Shown: positions 1 through 14,164 of the stretch, piece by piece
How positions within the stretch are numbered: the stretch's first letter is position 1
Layout of the letters: each line of letters begins with the position of its first letter
Notes under the pieces: model-generated
The model's database searches: none
The model's input: the letters and a program-made list of their open reading frames with translations, nothing else
What the model was told of the DNA's origin: nothing
Source of the DNA: Chrysomallon squamiferum
Lineage: Eukaryota > Animalia > Mollusca
Direction of reading: 5' to 3'
DNA: 64,000 bases
Assembly: GCA_012295275.1 (NCBI GenBank)
Contig: CM022665.1
Coordinates: forward strand, 14,694,001-14,758,000
Program-made: the position numbers and the translations under genes

Positions 1-811
1 AAACCAAAATAAAATAAAATAAATAATCTATACTTTTTGTTCTCATCATACTGCATATATTGCTCACATATTTTACTTATTTCAAAGAATGTCAATAACA
101 AACAAAAATAAACAAACACATAAATAAATAAATATATAAATAAATAAATAAATAAATAAATGATTCATTGCTACATTGCTACTTTACTTTATTATTAGCA
201 AAACACTGTCTCCTGTTCAAATAAAACTATTATAAATAAAATAATGTATATAAGCTTTTTGTTTGCTTTGTCAAAGGTATATTTTAAGCTTTGTGTTTAC
301 TGGCCTTAACTCAACCACAGTCAGTTTAAAATAATAAATTATATCACACTAGCTAGACCCCAGAGAAATGTGAAACTTTAGACACTTTTAACACATATTA
401 ATTATTGTTTTGACATTGAACAAAATTAACAGTAAACAAATATAAACAAATAACACTGAAAAAAATGTATTATCAGTTGTAAACTGATATTATTAATACC
501 CAGTTTAATAGCCCCTAAAGAATTAATTATAAACAGATTGTTAATTTTTTTTTTAAATAAACCCATTTTACAATAATAACATGTTGTTATTAGTAATAAA
601 ACGTTATACGTTGTGCATAAATCAGCATACATGATGTAATCAACATCCTCTATTTTTCATAACAGATATATCCAGTATTTAATAAGTCCACTGTATCGTA
701 CATGGTGCTGACAATACTGGTAACATGCAGATGAAAACTGTTGGTGACATATCAGCAATAAAATAACAATTTATACATATTTGTGAAATATTTATTAACA
801 AAATGCCTGAC

Positions 812-1240
812 AGCTGGCTGTAGCTCAATGGTAAAGTTTTGCTCTGAAATACAACAGATCACAGGATCAAGATGTATCCTTCTTTGTGCTCCTGTGAACA
901 AAATCAATCAGTGTTCAGCGACTGCTTTATCAGTCAGCTGTATGTGCTTTTATGTCTGTGGAAAAGAGCATATAAAAGAGCTTTTGCTGCAAAAGCATCC
1001 AATGGAGTGGCTGGGTGGATGATATTTTTACCTATATCATTATAACAGCCAGTGGAATGGCTGAGAGTGGTATGATTACATATATCATCATTATAACAGC
1101 CAATGGAGTTGCTGAGGAAGGTGATATGATTTGTTACATCATCATTATAACATGCAGTGGATTGGTTTCCTTTTTCAATCAGCAGCAGTAATCATTAATA
1201 GTACACTGTGTTGAGGTGTTGTTATACATTTATTAATTCA
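812..1240 (+). mobile_element. Decayed tRNA-derived SINE (probably MetaSINE-like) with an internal tandem expansion
   Basis: tRNA-like head TGTAGCTCAATGGTAAAG...AGGATCAAGAT; core TATGTGCT..TGTCTGTGG..GCATATAAAAGAGC..TTGCTGC; tail GTGTTGAGGTGTTGTTA. Shares core/tail with other copies in the window (e.g. 57391-57540). Confidence 0.7.
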
Positions 1241-1574
1241 GAACGAAGCCTGCAACATCTTTTCATTTATAAAAAAATAAATCTGCTAAGAATGATTTCA
1301 CACTAGATATCATACACTGAAATTAAAAGTATGAAATTTTGAAAATATTACCTTTGTTTTAAGGAATCAAGATACAAGTGTTTGGCAGCTTTAATTTCTT
1401 TATTTTGTTTTTATTTTTATTTTTTTTTTGAGGTAGAGTTATTCTTTTTCTCAAAAAAAAAAATTTTTATTCCCCCCAAACCCCTTTTACTGTTTTTCTT
1501 TTCCTTTTTCTCTTACAAAAAAAAAAAAAAAAAAAAAATTATTTTCTGAATTCTTTATATTCTCACTCTTTTCT

Positions 1575-1670
1575 TTAGACAGGAAAGCACTTACCATTAG
1601 CTTTTGATATGTATGGCTGAAATATGAGCTGTAGAGAGGATGTGTTGTCTATAGGAACTGAACTATGAAA
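1575..1670 (-). mobile_element. SINE fragment, same family
   Basis: + strand AGACAGGAAAGCACTTACCATTAGCTTTTGATAT resembles ACACAGGATAGTACATACCACGACCTTTG (~41612) and AGACAGGAACACATACTACGGCCTTTAAT (~43670). Confidence 0.55.
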
Positions 1671-2559
1671 ACAGTACTTTATTCATCGTTAGTCTGCAGC
1701 AAGGATTTACATTAAAGGCATATTTTATATTTAAAATATAATATAATGTGATGAGATAGATTTAAAATGATCAAAATGTATATATATATACACGCACACA
1801 CAGACACATATCCTAAACTGAAAAAAAAAAGTTAACCTGTTACTATTTAAATACTCTCTACCTTAGACAGAACTTTACCATTTACAACAAAACAAATTAA
1901 AAATTGAATATTGGTAATCACACAGAAAGAAAGCAATAAGGTCTTTTTTCTCCAGTTTTTCTATTAAACAGAAAAGAAAAAAAAACCCACAAGACATCAT
2001 AGTTAGAAACAAAGATGTCTTTACAACTTATCTAAAACAAACAATGACATAAATCCTGTGGTTTCACTGGCAATAAATAAAACACTAAGCAAATAAACAA
2101 ATGTTTGAAAATACACAACCAATAAATCACTGACTCTCTAGAGAATATTTAAAAAAAAAGAAAAGAAAAAGAAGAATATCAAAAGATAAGACAAAGGAAC
2201 CAGGCTGATTATAAAAACATTTAGTATTTCCAAAGTTAGTTTACATGTCACCAGAGATCAAGTTTATCTATTAGGTGGAGCAATAAGAAAAATTTATAAA
2301 TACATTTAGTGATATGAATGCAAGACAGACTAATCTGCAACAAGATAGGGAACCTTCTCCATTTTCATCTACATGTTTTGACAGGCATAATAAGGTCTCC
2401 TCAACTGGTTGCAATGTTCCATATAATTTTTCACTGAATCAAGGTTGAACGTTTTTGTAATTTCCACATTACACAATGCTTTGAACAAAAACACAAACTT
2501 TTTGTTAAAAGAATTTTAGCAACTAAAGTCACTTGCAGCGTTTGTATTATTCTTTTATA

Positions 2560-3490
2560 TCTGCACCATTAAAAATGTATGACTGACACAATAAAGTTTT
2601 CTTGAAAGCTTGAAGTGTATCATATTGTTTTGGAATCAAGGCTTAAGTTTTATTATTTCCGAATTATGCTTTGAATAGACACACCTAAAAAATTTTGTGA
2701 AAGATCACAGATTTTTAGCAGCTGAAGCCAAGTTCAAAATTTATTTTCTTTTAGTACCTGTATAATTAAAAAACAAAAAAACAACAAAAAAATACCCACT
2801 CAGATACAATATGGTTTCATTGAAAGATTGCAGCTTTTTTAGTTAATGGAACCAGGTTCAAGATTTATAATATTCTTTATGTTTATGAAATGAGAAACTG
2901 CTTGGCAAACATAATGAAATTACATTGAAGGATTGCAGATTTTTGGACATGATTTAAACAAACTTCAAGGTTCATAATTTTCTTTCATACTGGAACAATT
3001 ACATAATCCTCTGACAAACACAATAAAATTTCATTGAATAAAATGTAAATTTTTTAACTACTGAAGAAAAGGTCAAGGTTTATAAATTTTTGTTGTATTT
3101 GTTCAGTGAAGTAAGAAAGATTTCCTTGCTGGAAAGTTAAAAACAAACTGATCATTAATGATTTGACACAAAACAAAACAAAGGACTTCATGATAGGTTG
3201 CAGTGTAGTAAAGTGTTTGCCACTGAATCTAACATCAACATGTATAATACCTCCGTATTTCATAACTAACAAGATTTCATAGAAGAAAAAAAAAGGTACA
3301 GAACTTAAAATTAAGCAAAAGGTCTCAGAGATAGGCTGCAATATAATCAAACTAATTGCTGCTATGGCAGATTTCAAGATTTATAATTCAATTTCATATT
3401 GAACCCCCCAAAAAAAAAAAGATCTTTAATTTCAACAGTTATAACTGAATTTCATACTGAGTTACATAATTAACAGATTATGACAAATAA
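2560..3490. repeat. Highly degenerate ~110-120 bp tandem repeat
   Basis: Recurring ACACAATAAAATTTCATTGAAAGATTGCAGATTTTT..TTCAAGATTTATAATT motifs near 2587, 2690, 2805, 2910, 3017, and partially near 3190 and 3375. Confidence 0.65.
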
Positions 3491-4223
3491 TCTCTCTCTC
3501 CAAAAAAAAAAAAATATATATATATATTCAAAACAGCAATGCCACATGAATCAAAATTTAATATTTTTAATTTTTTTCAAAAATACTGAATCTGATTTAA
3601 TAACCATTGTCTGTTAAGATTATTAATAACTGTTCAGGTAACAACACCTTTCAAATGACATTTTCATTTTATACTAATATAAAAATGAAACCTGTTTTTT
3701 TTTTTTAATTCATCTTTTCCTTTTTCTTTCTTTATATTTAAGTCATTTCTTCTCAATTTTTTTTCTATACATCTCTTTTTTCTCTTTCTTTCTTACGTTA
3801 TATTTTTTAAGTTGTCAACTTTTTATCTTCAAACAGCTTCCACATATTCATTTTAATGAAAAATGTGAATATTATCAACCCAGAAAACTGACCTAGTATT
3901 ATGTAACCTAGACTCTCCAAGAAAAAAAAAAAGAGTATAAATCATGTTTTTAAGATTGGAGTTATAGAAGAATTATGTGTAATGGAGATACAATTCAAGA
4001 TTTGACTTTGACTTTTCAAATCCGACTCTGCAGGAAAAACATTAATTCTGAAAAATAAACTCCCTAATGGATTAGATAATGTCGGGACTTAGACAAAAAT
4101 ATTACAAATGATGTCATTTCCTATGAGGAATGAGGCAACAAGATGTCTATTTATCAAACATATAGAGATGTTATCTGGTTTTGTTCTGTATTAAATTGAG
4201 TATATCACTCGTTGTGAGGCTCT

Positions 4224-4329
4224 GATAAGGCAATTCCAACCCAAGGCATAAACTATTTTGGTGATGGGAGAGGTAAGACTGTGGCCCATGCAAAAAACAT
4301 TTTGTCCCAAGGGTTGGATTTGCCTTATC
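4224..4329. repeat. Inverted repeat (hairpin-type MITE remnant)
   Basis: GATAAGGCAATTCCAACCC (4224-4242) pairs with GGGTTGGATTTGCCTTATC (4311-4329) with one mismatch; weaker pairing continues inward. Confidence 0.7.
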
Positions 4330-5708
4330 TATACATCAAAATGGCAATAGCTTGTTGGGTTTTTGGGGTGGTTTTTTTTGTCCATTTAATTAAGAAAGCA
4401 AATTAGTTTTAAACTATGAATGCTAATCTTTATTTCTTTGACCCACAATAAATATCAAGCCAACAAATACTTTTAGTCAAAAATGTTCACTTGTAGTTTG
4501 CTGTTACAAGTTAGTAATTTTACAGCAAAGTATATATATTCAATTCACTGGGCTTTTTTTTTTTTTCCTTTTTTTATTTTTTATTGTTATTACTAAAATA
4601 TAAGTAACACAGAAATATTATCAGAAAAATAACATGGTTAGTTTTCTAACATGCCTTCAAAACTGTCATTTTGTGTTTCATAAAGGGAACTGAAATTATT
4701 ATTATTATTTTAAATGGGTAGAAAGCATACAATGTAAAATGATAAATAGCAGGGACAAGAAGTGAAAAAAATAATGAAGAATTTTTATTTTTTTCATGCA
4801 ATAAAAATGACCTTTCCTCAAAACTAACCCTACATTGTCTTACCCTCATCTGTGTAACACAGTGTTGAAATAGCTTAAGGTAAAGGATTAGCTACAGACC
4901 ATAAAGTATGCAGTAATCTTAATTCATTGCTTAATAAAAGTCTGGACTAGGACTGATCCCAGTATCTTCCAACCCCAAGGCCAGTGACTTAACCATTGTG
5001 ACATCATATAAAGACACATCTTAATACAGCAAAGGTGGGAAACATATCTAATCAATAGAGCCACAGGTGCTGTGAATAAAAAGTAAAGTTATTGACACCA
5101 TGCATAAACCGAGATTATGATATATTGATAAATAAAAAAATAAAAAATAAAAATAAATAAAAAAGAGAAAAGAAAAACAAACTCAAACTGCAGAGTGAAG
5201 TACCAGCTGGTAGAATTTTATTCATGGTATAAAGAGTGGAAATGAAAATGTTACACTGCAACCAGAACTGAGTTTGTTATATCATGGCTAACTCAAATTT
5301 GTCAAAATCTCACACCAATTCATCCCTTACAGCAATAACATAAAACTGCTGCAAAAATTTACACAGCGTTAACATACATGAAAATGATAATGAGAAGTCA
5401 ACATTAAGTATTGTTCATTTTCTCAAACAAACACTTACACCAATGCGAAGAAGTGGGAAACTCCTGTTGACACAACACTGAAGATATGTGTCTATACAGT
5501 AATGATCATGGGCAACAAAGCAATGATTTGTTTGTCCAAGCACTTCTGTGTGTTACTGCATCAGATTTTTAAAATTCTGACTTTAACATCTCCACCTGTA
5601 CCAGTGTCCACCTTGCACCTGTGTTAAGTGCAGGTTCAATCTGTCAGATTAGCATGTGAATTTACATAATTGCTATGACCTTCCTTTACGGACATGGACA
5701 CGGACACA

Positions 5709-5755
<47 letters not shown>

Positions 5756-8700
5756 CATTTTCATTCTTTATTACTTTTTTCTTTTTTCTTTTTTTTTTAA
5801 GCCAAGAATAAATGTATCAATAAAAAAAAATCATTAACTTTACAATTAATAATTTAAAAATTACATCCAAATATAATGCACAAGATTCAGTACATTTTGA
5901 AAATTCACATTACAATTTTAAAAAAATAACATGTGAATAATAATTTGGCTCCTTAAAATGCTTTACAAATTTTTTTTCAAAGAATAAATAAGATTCAAAA
6001 CAGTTGAGAAATGATTCAGTTTCACAATAACATTCACACATTCTTTGTAAATGCAACAAAAAAAAATTAAGAAATTAAAAATAAATAAAAATAATACAAT
6101 TTTTTTAGAAATATATTATCAAACTATAAAGGAAAAGAAATATAAAATGCAGGTCAAACCTTAACACAATCACTTTAATAATTTTGTTTAATTAACATTC
6201 AACATGGGCTATTTCCCATAACAATTCATGCTTTGTATGTCATGAGTAAGAACAAACAAGTTATGGCACAACCAATTTCTAATACTCAAATAACTCAAAT
6301 ACTCAAATAGCTCAAAGACAAATTTAGCACAGCCATTGTGTCATTCTTCTGTCATGTTTTTATAGCCAGTGGCATGTCAACATGAGAAGGTTTTGGATTG
6401 TGAGAGCGAGAAAAAGAAAAAAGAAAACAAAAAAAATCCTGGTACTTTTCATTAAGTCTGGCTAAGTAAACAGTGTCTAATATTATCTCAAACTGGCTTT
6501 GTCTTCTTTTGCATCTGGTAAAAAGAATGGGATAAAAAAAGAAAGAAAGAAAGAAAGAAGAAAAGAAAAGAAAGAAAAACAGAAAAAATTACGATGATGA
6601 AAGATTGAAACCAATATAGTACAAGCCCTAAAGCTGCCTTGTAATCCATCAACTAGCCATGCAAATGGTGGAAAATTAAAGATGGGATTTAATGTAGAAT
6701 TGATTGTCTAATAGGCACTTACAATCACTGGGCCTTTGAAGTCCCGTCAAGCCTGCCAGGTATTACACTGAAATCAGATTGTCACAATATTTGTACTTAT
6801 CGACTGTATGTGTATGACTGCCACCGTTATTGGTTTTATTGACCAGTATGCTCTGGCAATGAACAGCGTATCTTTATTTTCTTTTAGCAATTTTTTCTTT
6901 CCTTCGTCTCCCACCCTTTCTTTTGTTTTTTCTGAAATCTTTTGATGCTTTATCAAATATGAAGAAAAAAATAATTTCAGTAAAGTGAAAAAATAAAAGC
7001 CCCTAAAAGAGAATAATTGATGATTAACTTTTTTTTTTCTTTTTTTTTAACTTAATCTATGACTAATCAGGTATATTTTGTGATGATTCTAACTACAGAT
7101 CATTAGCACTAATTACAGAGTTAGTGAGTTGAGTGAGCAGATGGGTGAGTAAATCCATGGCTAAATTAGAAGATAAATGGATGAATGAATTCATAAACAC
7201 ACAAAATGTTTAATAGGAAAATAATAGGTCATTTATCATATATTTCACATGCATACATAAATAATATATACATCAGTTATTTACATACAAACATATACAC
7301 ACACAGACATTCTTTCATATATATATATTTACAAATGCATGTGCATGTACATGCACAACACACATCACACACCAATACAGAATGACAGGAAAATGTAGAC
7401 ATATGTAACCCATCAACTTTATATCAGTCTTTAATAATCTTCTTTCCTTTATATATTTATTTAAATATGTTTTATAATTAAACAACAACTCCCTTATCAC
7501 TAAACTCTTTGAAACTGCAATCAAACTTTTTCCTCATTTCCCCCAAAAACAATGACATCATCATCAAAAAGCAAGAAAATTCATTTTTGAACTATCATTT
7601 ACAGTGGAAGATTTAGTATAAAGATAGAATCAATCTCATTATAGCCATACACTGCGGCTCTCTCTATCTAATCCTTCTGCCTTGAGGACATCCTGAAACA
7701 AACCTCCAATGATAGAGCTGTCGAGACTGGCCAATCTGTCATCATGCTTTATTTCACCATGGTGTCTGCAAATAATTACAGAAGAGAAAGAAAATGAACA
7801 TTTAAATCTTGCATGATAACAAAAGACGTCAGTCAAAACCTGGCAAGTCATCTTGCCGTGCCGTTTCCTGGTAAGTTAATTTATTTGAAATGAGCAAAGC
7901 TAGCGTGAAAGGTCTGTCTCTATATTAGAAAGCCATGCGAGAGGCCCCGACGAGAACAATCTCTATTTGCAAGCTGACATTTTGTCAATACAATATCCAT
8001 CAATTTCCACTGATAATTGCATGATCCAATGAAGCTTGTGTTATCTACATGGCAGATTCCACTTTCAGGCGAGTGCTGTGTGATTAATGTTATTGAAATG
8101 AATGACGAAAGTCAGTAGAGAAATGCCATCCAATCAAGAAAACTGACAAAGTCGAGATTCTTAATTAAACGAGCTTTGTTTAAGATGTAAAATATTACAT
8201 CTCTCCTTTTAATCTGCAATTACGAAGAATTAAAAATATCAAGTTTAATGTACTAAAGCTATCATTATCAATTTGTTTCTGACAACAACAAAAAAAATTA
8301 AAAAATTAAAATTAAGAAGAAACAATCCTTCCCACACCCTTAAAAAAAATTGAAATTAACAGAACATGATTTTAAATTTAAATGACGCTAAGCTGAAATA
8401 ATAACATAAAAGTTACACTTTTAAATCTTCAGACAATTTTCTCTTTCAAGATGCTGAATAATTCATCTGACAATTGATACCTGAGAGGCATAAAATCTGA
8501 ACCAAGATTAACTGCCATTGTTTTCAGCTTGTACAAAATCAATCCCTAATAATTATTTTTGTAACAAAGACATCTAGCATTTATATCAATTATTCTAAAT
8601 ATTTGTAAAATTTGGTCTTATTTAATAACCATTTTCTTCAACAACAACAATAACAATAATAAATAAATAAATAAATAAATAAATAAATATAAATTAATTA

Positions 8701-11019
8701 ACTAATGAAAATATATTTGTGTATGAATTTAATGTACGGCAGCAAATTACCATCACTGTTCAGGTTAACTATATTCCAGTGAAGTTTCCTGAAACTACCA
8801 TCAAGGCAGTCTCAGGTCTGGCTTACAAACATCCACCTCTGTAAAGCCTATTAGATTAAAAATCTGAGTTGTATACAATAGTTGGCAGTAAAGAATGGAC
8901 AGGCTACTTTGCGACTGGCATAAAAACATTATGCTTTTCCATTTTTAATTTTCTTTCTTTCTCAATTATAAATACTGTGTATATATTCATTATTATTATT
9001 ATTATTATTATTATTACTAATACTAATACTGCTAATACTCTTCCTGTTTTAAATATATATAGTCACACACACACACACACATAAACACACATGTATAGAC
9101 AAACATTTGACTAACTGATGCTAGATACAAACTATACATAACTGTTCAGCCATAAAAACAGAATCTGTTTGTAACCTGAGAACTGAGTGTATTTGTCTGA
9201 TACAGTTTATAGATAATATCATCAAAAATACATATATTTTCTGCAGAACAGGTCTTACACTATCATGGATGATGTAAGATATAGAATAGAATTAATATTG
9301 CATATCTACTAATCTTTCTGATAAATACAAATGAGTGCATATGGTCATCAGTTTGTTGTAAGTATAGATATAAATTGAAAATAATCACCAGTAATAAAGT
9401 AAGGGGAACCATAAAGTAAGCATAGCAAAAAAAAAAAAAAGTAGATTACATATGCAGTTTAATAATAATAACAATAACAACAGCAATATCAATAACAATA
9501 ATAAATAAATAAATAAAAATAATAACAGAGCTACTGATTGCAATAAAATGTACAAATCTACAAATCTGCAGATATTTGCCATACCTCTTAATAATCTACT
9601 CTACAAATTTATTTGTTTGTTTGATTGTAACACTGCTTAAGCTGAAGGAGCTTAAATACAATGGTGTTTATATGACATTTACATTAATCATGTGTATACA
9701 CAAACAGTTTTTTTAACTTAATTCAAGATAATATTGTAAGTTGTGACTTAAAAAATAAAAAATAAAAATGCATTATCTTTTTATTTACTTATTTATTTTG
9801 TTTTCTTAATTTTATTTTCAGTTATTTTTTCCTTTTAATTTATTTTAAAATTTGTTTTATTTATTAATATTATAACTGTAATTATTATTATTATTATAAT
9901 TTATAATACATCTAATACATTCATTAAAACACTAAAAGTCTTTTCTTTATTACTGTAATTCTTTCAATTTTCTTTTTCCAGAATTTCATCTGACCATAAA
10001 AGAAAAAAGAAATTGCTATTTGATTTCAAACATAATGTCTAAAGAAGACACTATTGTCATTTTGGGTTTTTTTTAATCTCTTTTCATATTTTTTCTGTTT
10101 TCTTTTTCACTGTTTAGAAATCAATGCTGAACTACTTAAAATGCATACATAAATCAGGAACAGCATTGTCAGAAGAGCCAACTTCATTTTGCACCATAAA
10201 ATGAAATGATCCATATAATTAAACAAACACAAAAGGTAGGGTATGGGGATAGGGAGGAGTCAGTGGGCAATCCATTAAGGGCAGTAATTTCCTTAAACAC
10301 TGGTAATTAGCTATAAAGAATCCATCAGAAAATGTAAGCTAAATTTTTTCCCAATAAACTTTCACCTGATCAGGTGCCCAGCAAAACCTATTATCCAAAA
10401 TGACTTTTTAAGTATCATTTACCAGCAATTAACCTACAGTTGCTATGTGCAGTATACATTTCAAAGGGATCTCCAAGTATAATACAAGTTTAATCATTTT
10501 TTATATGCACACATCATACATTTTTGGCCAGGAAAATGTCACAGGCCCATCTAATTTGTCTTTTTTCATTACTGAAACGAGAATTTATGTTCTCTTGATG
10601 TAATACAATAACATCCAGAAAGACGATATTTTGTTGATGTAATTTAAAAGATATATAAATTACCCACTTTGAATGATAAATCTATTCCAAATAATAATCA
10701 GACCAGACTGATCTTAAGTTTAAACAAGAACAAAAAAAAACATAATAATAAAAAAATATATATAATAAAAGAAGATAATCAAACAAAAAAAATGTCAAAG
10801 ATAGTGAAAAAAAATCATCATTAATTTGAGGTGATATCCTTAACTTGAAAAGATGAATGTTCTATATTGTTCAAGTTTGATAACTTATTAGACTATGAAG
10901 AACTATTATTGTCATGGTTTATATTACTGTTTTTCATGTTGTTATTTTTCCTTCTTTTTTTTTTTGAAAGTTTTTATTTTGGAGATGTGTGGTTTGTTAG
11001 GATTTTATTTATTTATTTA

Positions 11020-11051
<32 letters not shown>

Positions 11052-11850
11052 GAAATTTAATATTTGATTTCCAAAAACATAATAACAAAAAATATATGAC
11101 ATATGGCATCTAAAACTGATGGGATGCCATATTGAAAATAAGAAAAATTATGCAAGTTTCTTATCAACAGTATTGTTATTAGACACTTTTTCCACATTTC
11201 AGTGATGTTTTTGTATTTTTGCTTTAGCAAAGATATAATGACATTTGTAATTTATTCAGTTACTACAAATAATAAATAAGAAACCCACATTTATAATACT
11301 CCATACTTTACTCCATGGACATATTAGTTATCAGAGATATTTTACAAACACTTAACAAATCTTATTAAAATTCTAATATTAATAATATCAACATAATCAT
11401 TAAAAAAAATTTTTATGAATGACAAAATACATAGGTATCTACTGACATAATGTATCCATATATGGAACAACCAAAACAAACAAAATAAACTTACTTATGC
11501 ACAAACATACTAACAGATAATTCATCTAAGTTAGTATCGTTGTTTTCTCTTCATCCCCCCTCCCTTTATATATTTAAGATTTTCATTTTTCTTTTTCCAT
11601 ATCATGACAAAGTCATATCAAGAGCTTCACACACACACATACCACATCCATTCCTCTGGGTGTGGTATGGTATACAACAAGATAATGATAATGGGGTTGG
11701 CGTTGATAATTAAATAACGTGATTACTGCTAATAGATCAGGACTTCATCAGTGGAAGCACTATCAGAGAAAACAAGCAGAGATTCCAGATTAAGTCTGCC
11801 TCAGTTAAAAGACTGCCACTATTGGAAGTCATCACGAGATAATGGTGACA

Positions 11851-12213
11851 TTTTTACTCAGATTAAAACATAAGGAAATGGTTCTTCATCAGGCAAACTC
11901 CACTCTTAGAAATATTATGTCAAAGGAATGAGACTCATTCACATCAACTACAGTTTTAAACAAGCGAACAACTTCAGTGCTGGTAGGTTCTGGGATCACA
12001 AACCCAAAATTGCTTCTACTCTTAAGTCATTAAATATTTTTACTCATATTAAAACATAATGACATGGTTCATCACCATCTGAGAGAAATGTCAAAGGAAT
12101 AACTTGTGTTCATATTAACACAAGCTATGGCCTAATTTATCAGTCACTATACCACTAGATTCAAAGACCATCTCCCAAAACTGATTTATACTCATAGCTA
12201 ATTAAATATTTTT
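11851..12213. repeat. Old tandem duplication, ~180 bp x2
   Basis: TTTTACTCA.ATTAAAACATAA.GA.ATGGTTC.TCA..ATGTCAAAGGAAT..CCCAAAA.TG..T.TACTC...ATTAAATATTTTT occurs twice in tandem. Confidence 0.7.
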
Positions 12214-14163
12214 TTAAAAATGTTACTACTATTAATGTACAATTAAATGGTTTTATTGAGGGGTGAAACTCATATCTATCATTCTAAAATCTATGTGATA
12301 TTGTTACTGATATTAGCAAAAAAACACCCATACATATGTTGGGTAGTCTAGGAAAACCTGTCAGAAGTCACTGGGAGTCTTATCAAGAAAGAGGTTGAAA
12401 TACATTATGAAGTCCCCAACAGTCTGGATTAACATTTTTTGCTTATATAATAACTAAAACATTAAAGCATGTTGTCCTAAAAGGAAAATTTAATCTGTGC
12501 ACTATGAAATATGTTTTTAGTAAATTTTGTATGTTTAATTAAACCTAATTTGATAAATTTCCTAAAAAAGAAGTCTTTGAATTTTACCTATTATGAGGAT
12601 TTTTTTTCCAACACATATTTGTGTAATGGTGGTGTAATGACCTGTGACCCTATTGCTATCACACATACACACATTGTTTACAACACTGTTGCGCACTTCA
12701 AAACCAGCAAGCTTATTAATTGTTTTCAGTGTAAATTTTTCAAAAACTTTACTACTGTAACAAAACTTATCTTTTTTTCTAAATGAAATTTTTAAATAAT
12801 TAAAAGTGATTTTTAATGGTGATTACCTTTAGCTTTCAATAATGTCAAAAAAAATCAAAAAAAAAAATTGGACCATGCAAAGGGTTGTCCACCACACAAC
12901 TTTTTTTTTTGTTACCTTTTTTTTAAACTTAGTACTCAGAAAAATAGAATGCAATAATTACAAAGGAAAATGTGTTGAAGAGACATCCTGCATCTCATTA
13001 TGCAACAGATAATCAATCATTCTAACCACAGAGCTACAACCAGCTCGTACTACTCCACAACAGAAATGTCAGTGATAAGTGGGGAAAACATGATTTATCT
13101 CTCCCAGACATAGCTGATCACTGAGTTTTTGTAAAAATCAGAACTGCACCCTTTTAGGCATGCCAGTCACAGAGCACTTTCTTCTTCAGCAGTCCGGTCA
13201 CACAGGAATGCTCAGACTCAATCAAGAGAACAGTCTCGGGAGTTTGTGTCTATTTAGATTTATCTAAAATCTATAGCTGCAAGTGAAACATTTTTCACAT
13301 GATGAAACTGAGTCGCTCCCTGTGCACCATTCAATAAATCAGCAGCAATCAGTGATAAACAGCAAAAGAAAAACAAACAGAAAGAAGAAGAAGAAAAAAA
13401 GTAGGGACAAAAAATAAATGCTTAAAGATTTTTCTGGACATGGTATAAATCTTTGCAAGTAATTTCAAAAAATGAGATTAGCAAGATCATTTGTTATGTC
13501 CACTTGATTTAAGAGTTAACATTTCTAAAAGTACTGGATGAAAAAAAAAACCACACTTATTTCTGCAATAAATTTTAAATATTATCAAGTGAAGGAGCCT
13601 TCAAGTCTCAAGAATATTTAGTAAATGTCAAGTGGGAATAATTCTATTTAATGCTGTGATGAAAATTTGGTTAATATACTGAGTAGCCTGTCCACTATTA
13701 GGTATGAAATTAAGAGGGTTAAACTGGCAAATTAATGTATGTTGTAATATCAGTTAACGTAGTTCTGCAATAAAGTTGTTTGAAGAAAAAGTAAGAACAT
13801 GTGAACAAAGTTGAAAAGTAACTTAACTTTTCATTTCCTTTCTTTACTGTAATTGTTAACAACATTTTTTTGGTTCCCTAATCATTTAATTCTCTCTCTC
13901 TCTCTCCATTTTCTATTTCTTATTGTCTCTCACTCTCTTTACTCAGCATTTGTTTTCTTTCTTTTTAAATATCCCAAGATAACCATATGTCATTATCCTG
14001 TGCAACAGTTTCATTTTAAATATATGTATATTTACTTACTTTCATGATCTATGTATATATGTATAGGATACAAAGATATATGTACTCTAAATACATGACA
14101 TTTATGCAGTGAACCACCAGCAATAAAATTAACTTTTAATAATACACCAGAAAGTCAAAAGAA

Positions 14164-14164
<1 letters not shown>

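Noticed and set aside
812-890. Possible tRNA gene (TAGCTCAATGGTA A-box)
   Set aside because: No cloverleaf or intact T-loop, and it runs directly into the SINE core; it is a SINE head. The same applies to reversed heads near 4950, 13030, 17060 and 26080.
2280-2335. Minus-strand ISLSCIHITKCIYKFFLL after a CAG acceptor as exon 6
   Set aside because: Only compositional resemblance, and no GT donor at the expected 47-nt position.
7639-7765. Minus-strand acceptor plus ORF as TMEM135 exon 6
   Set aside because: No similarity to the expected exon 6, and splicing from phase-0 exon 5 gives a stop after three codons (ACA CCA TGG TGA).
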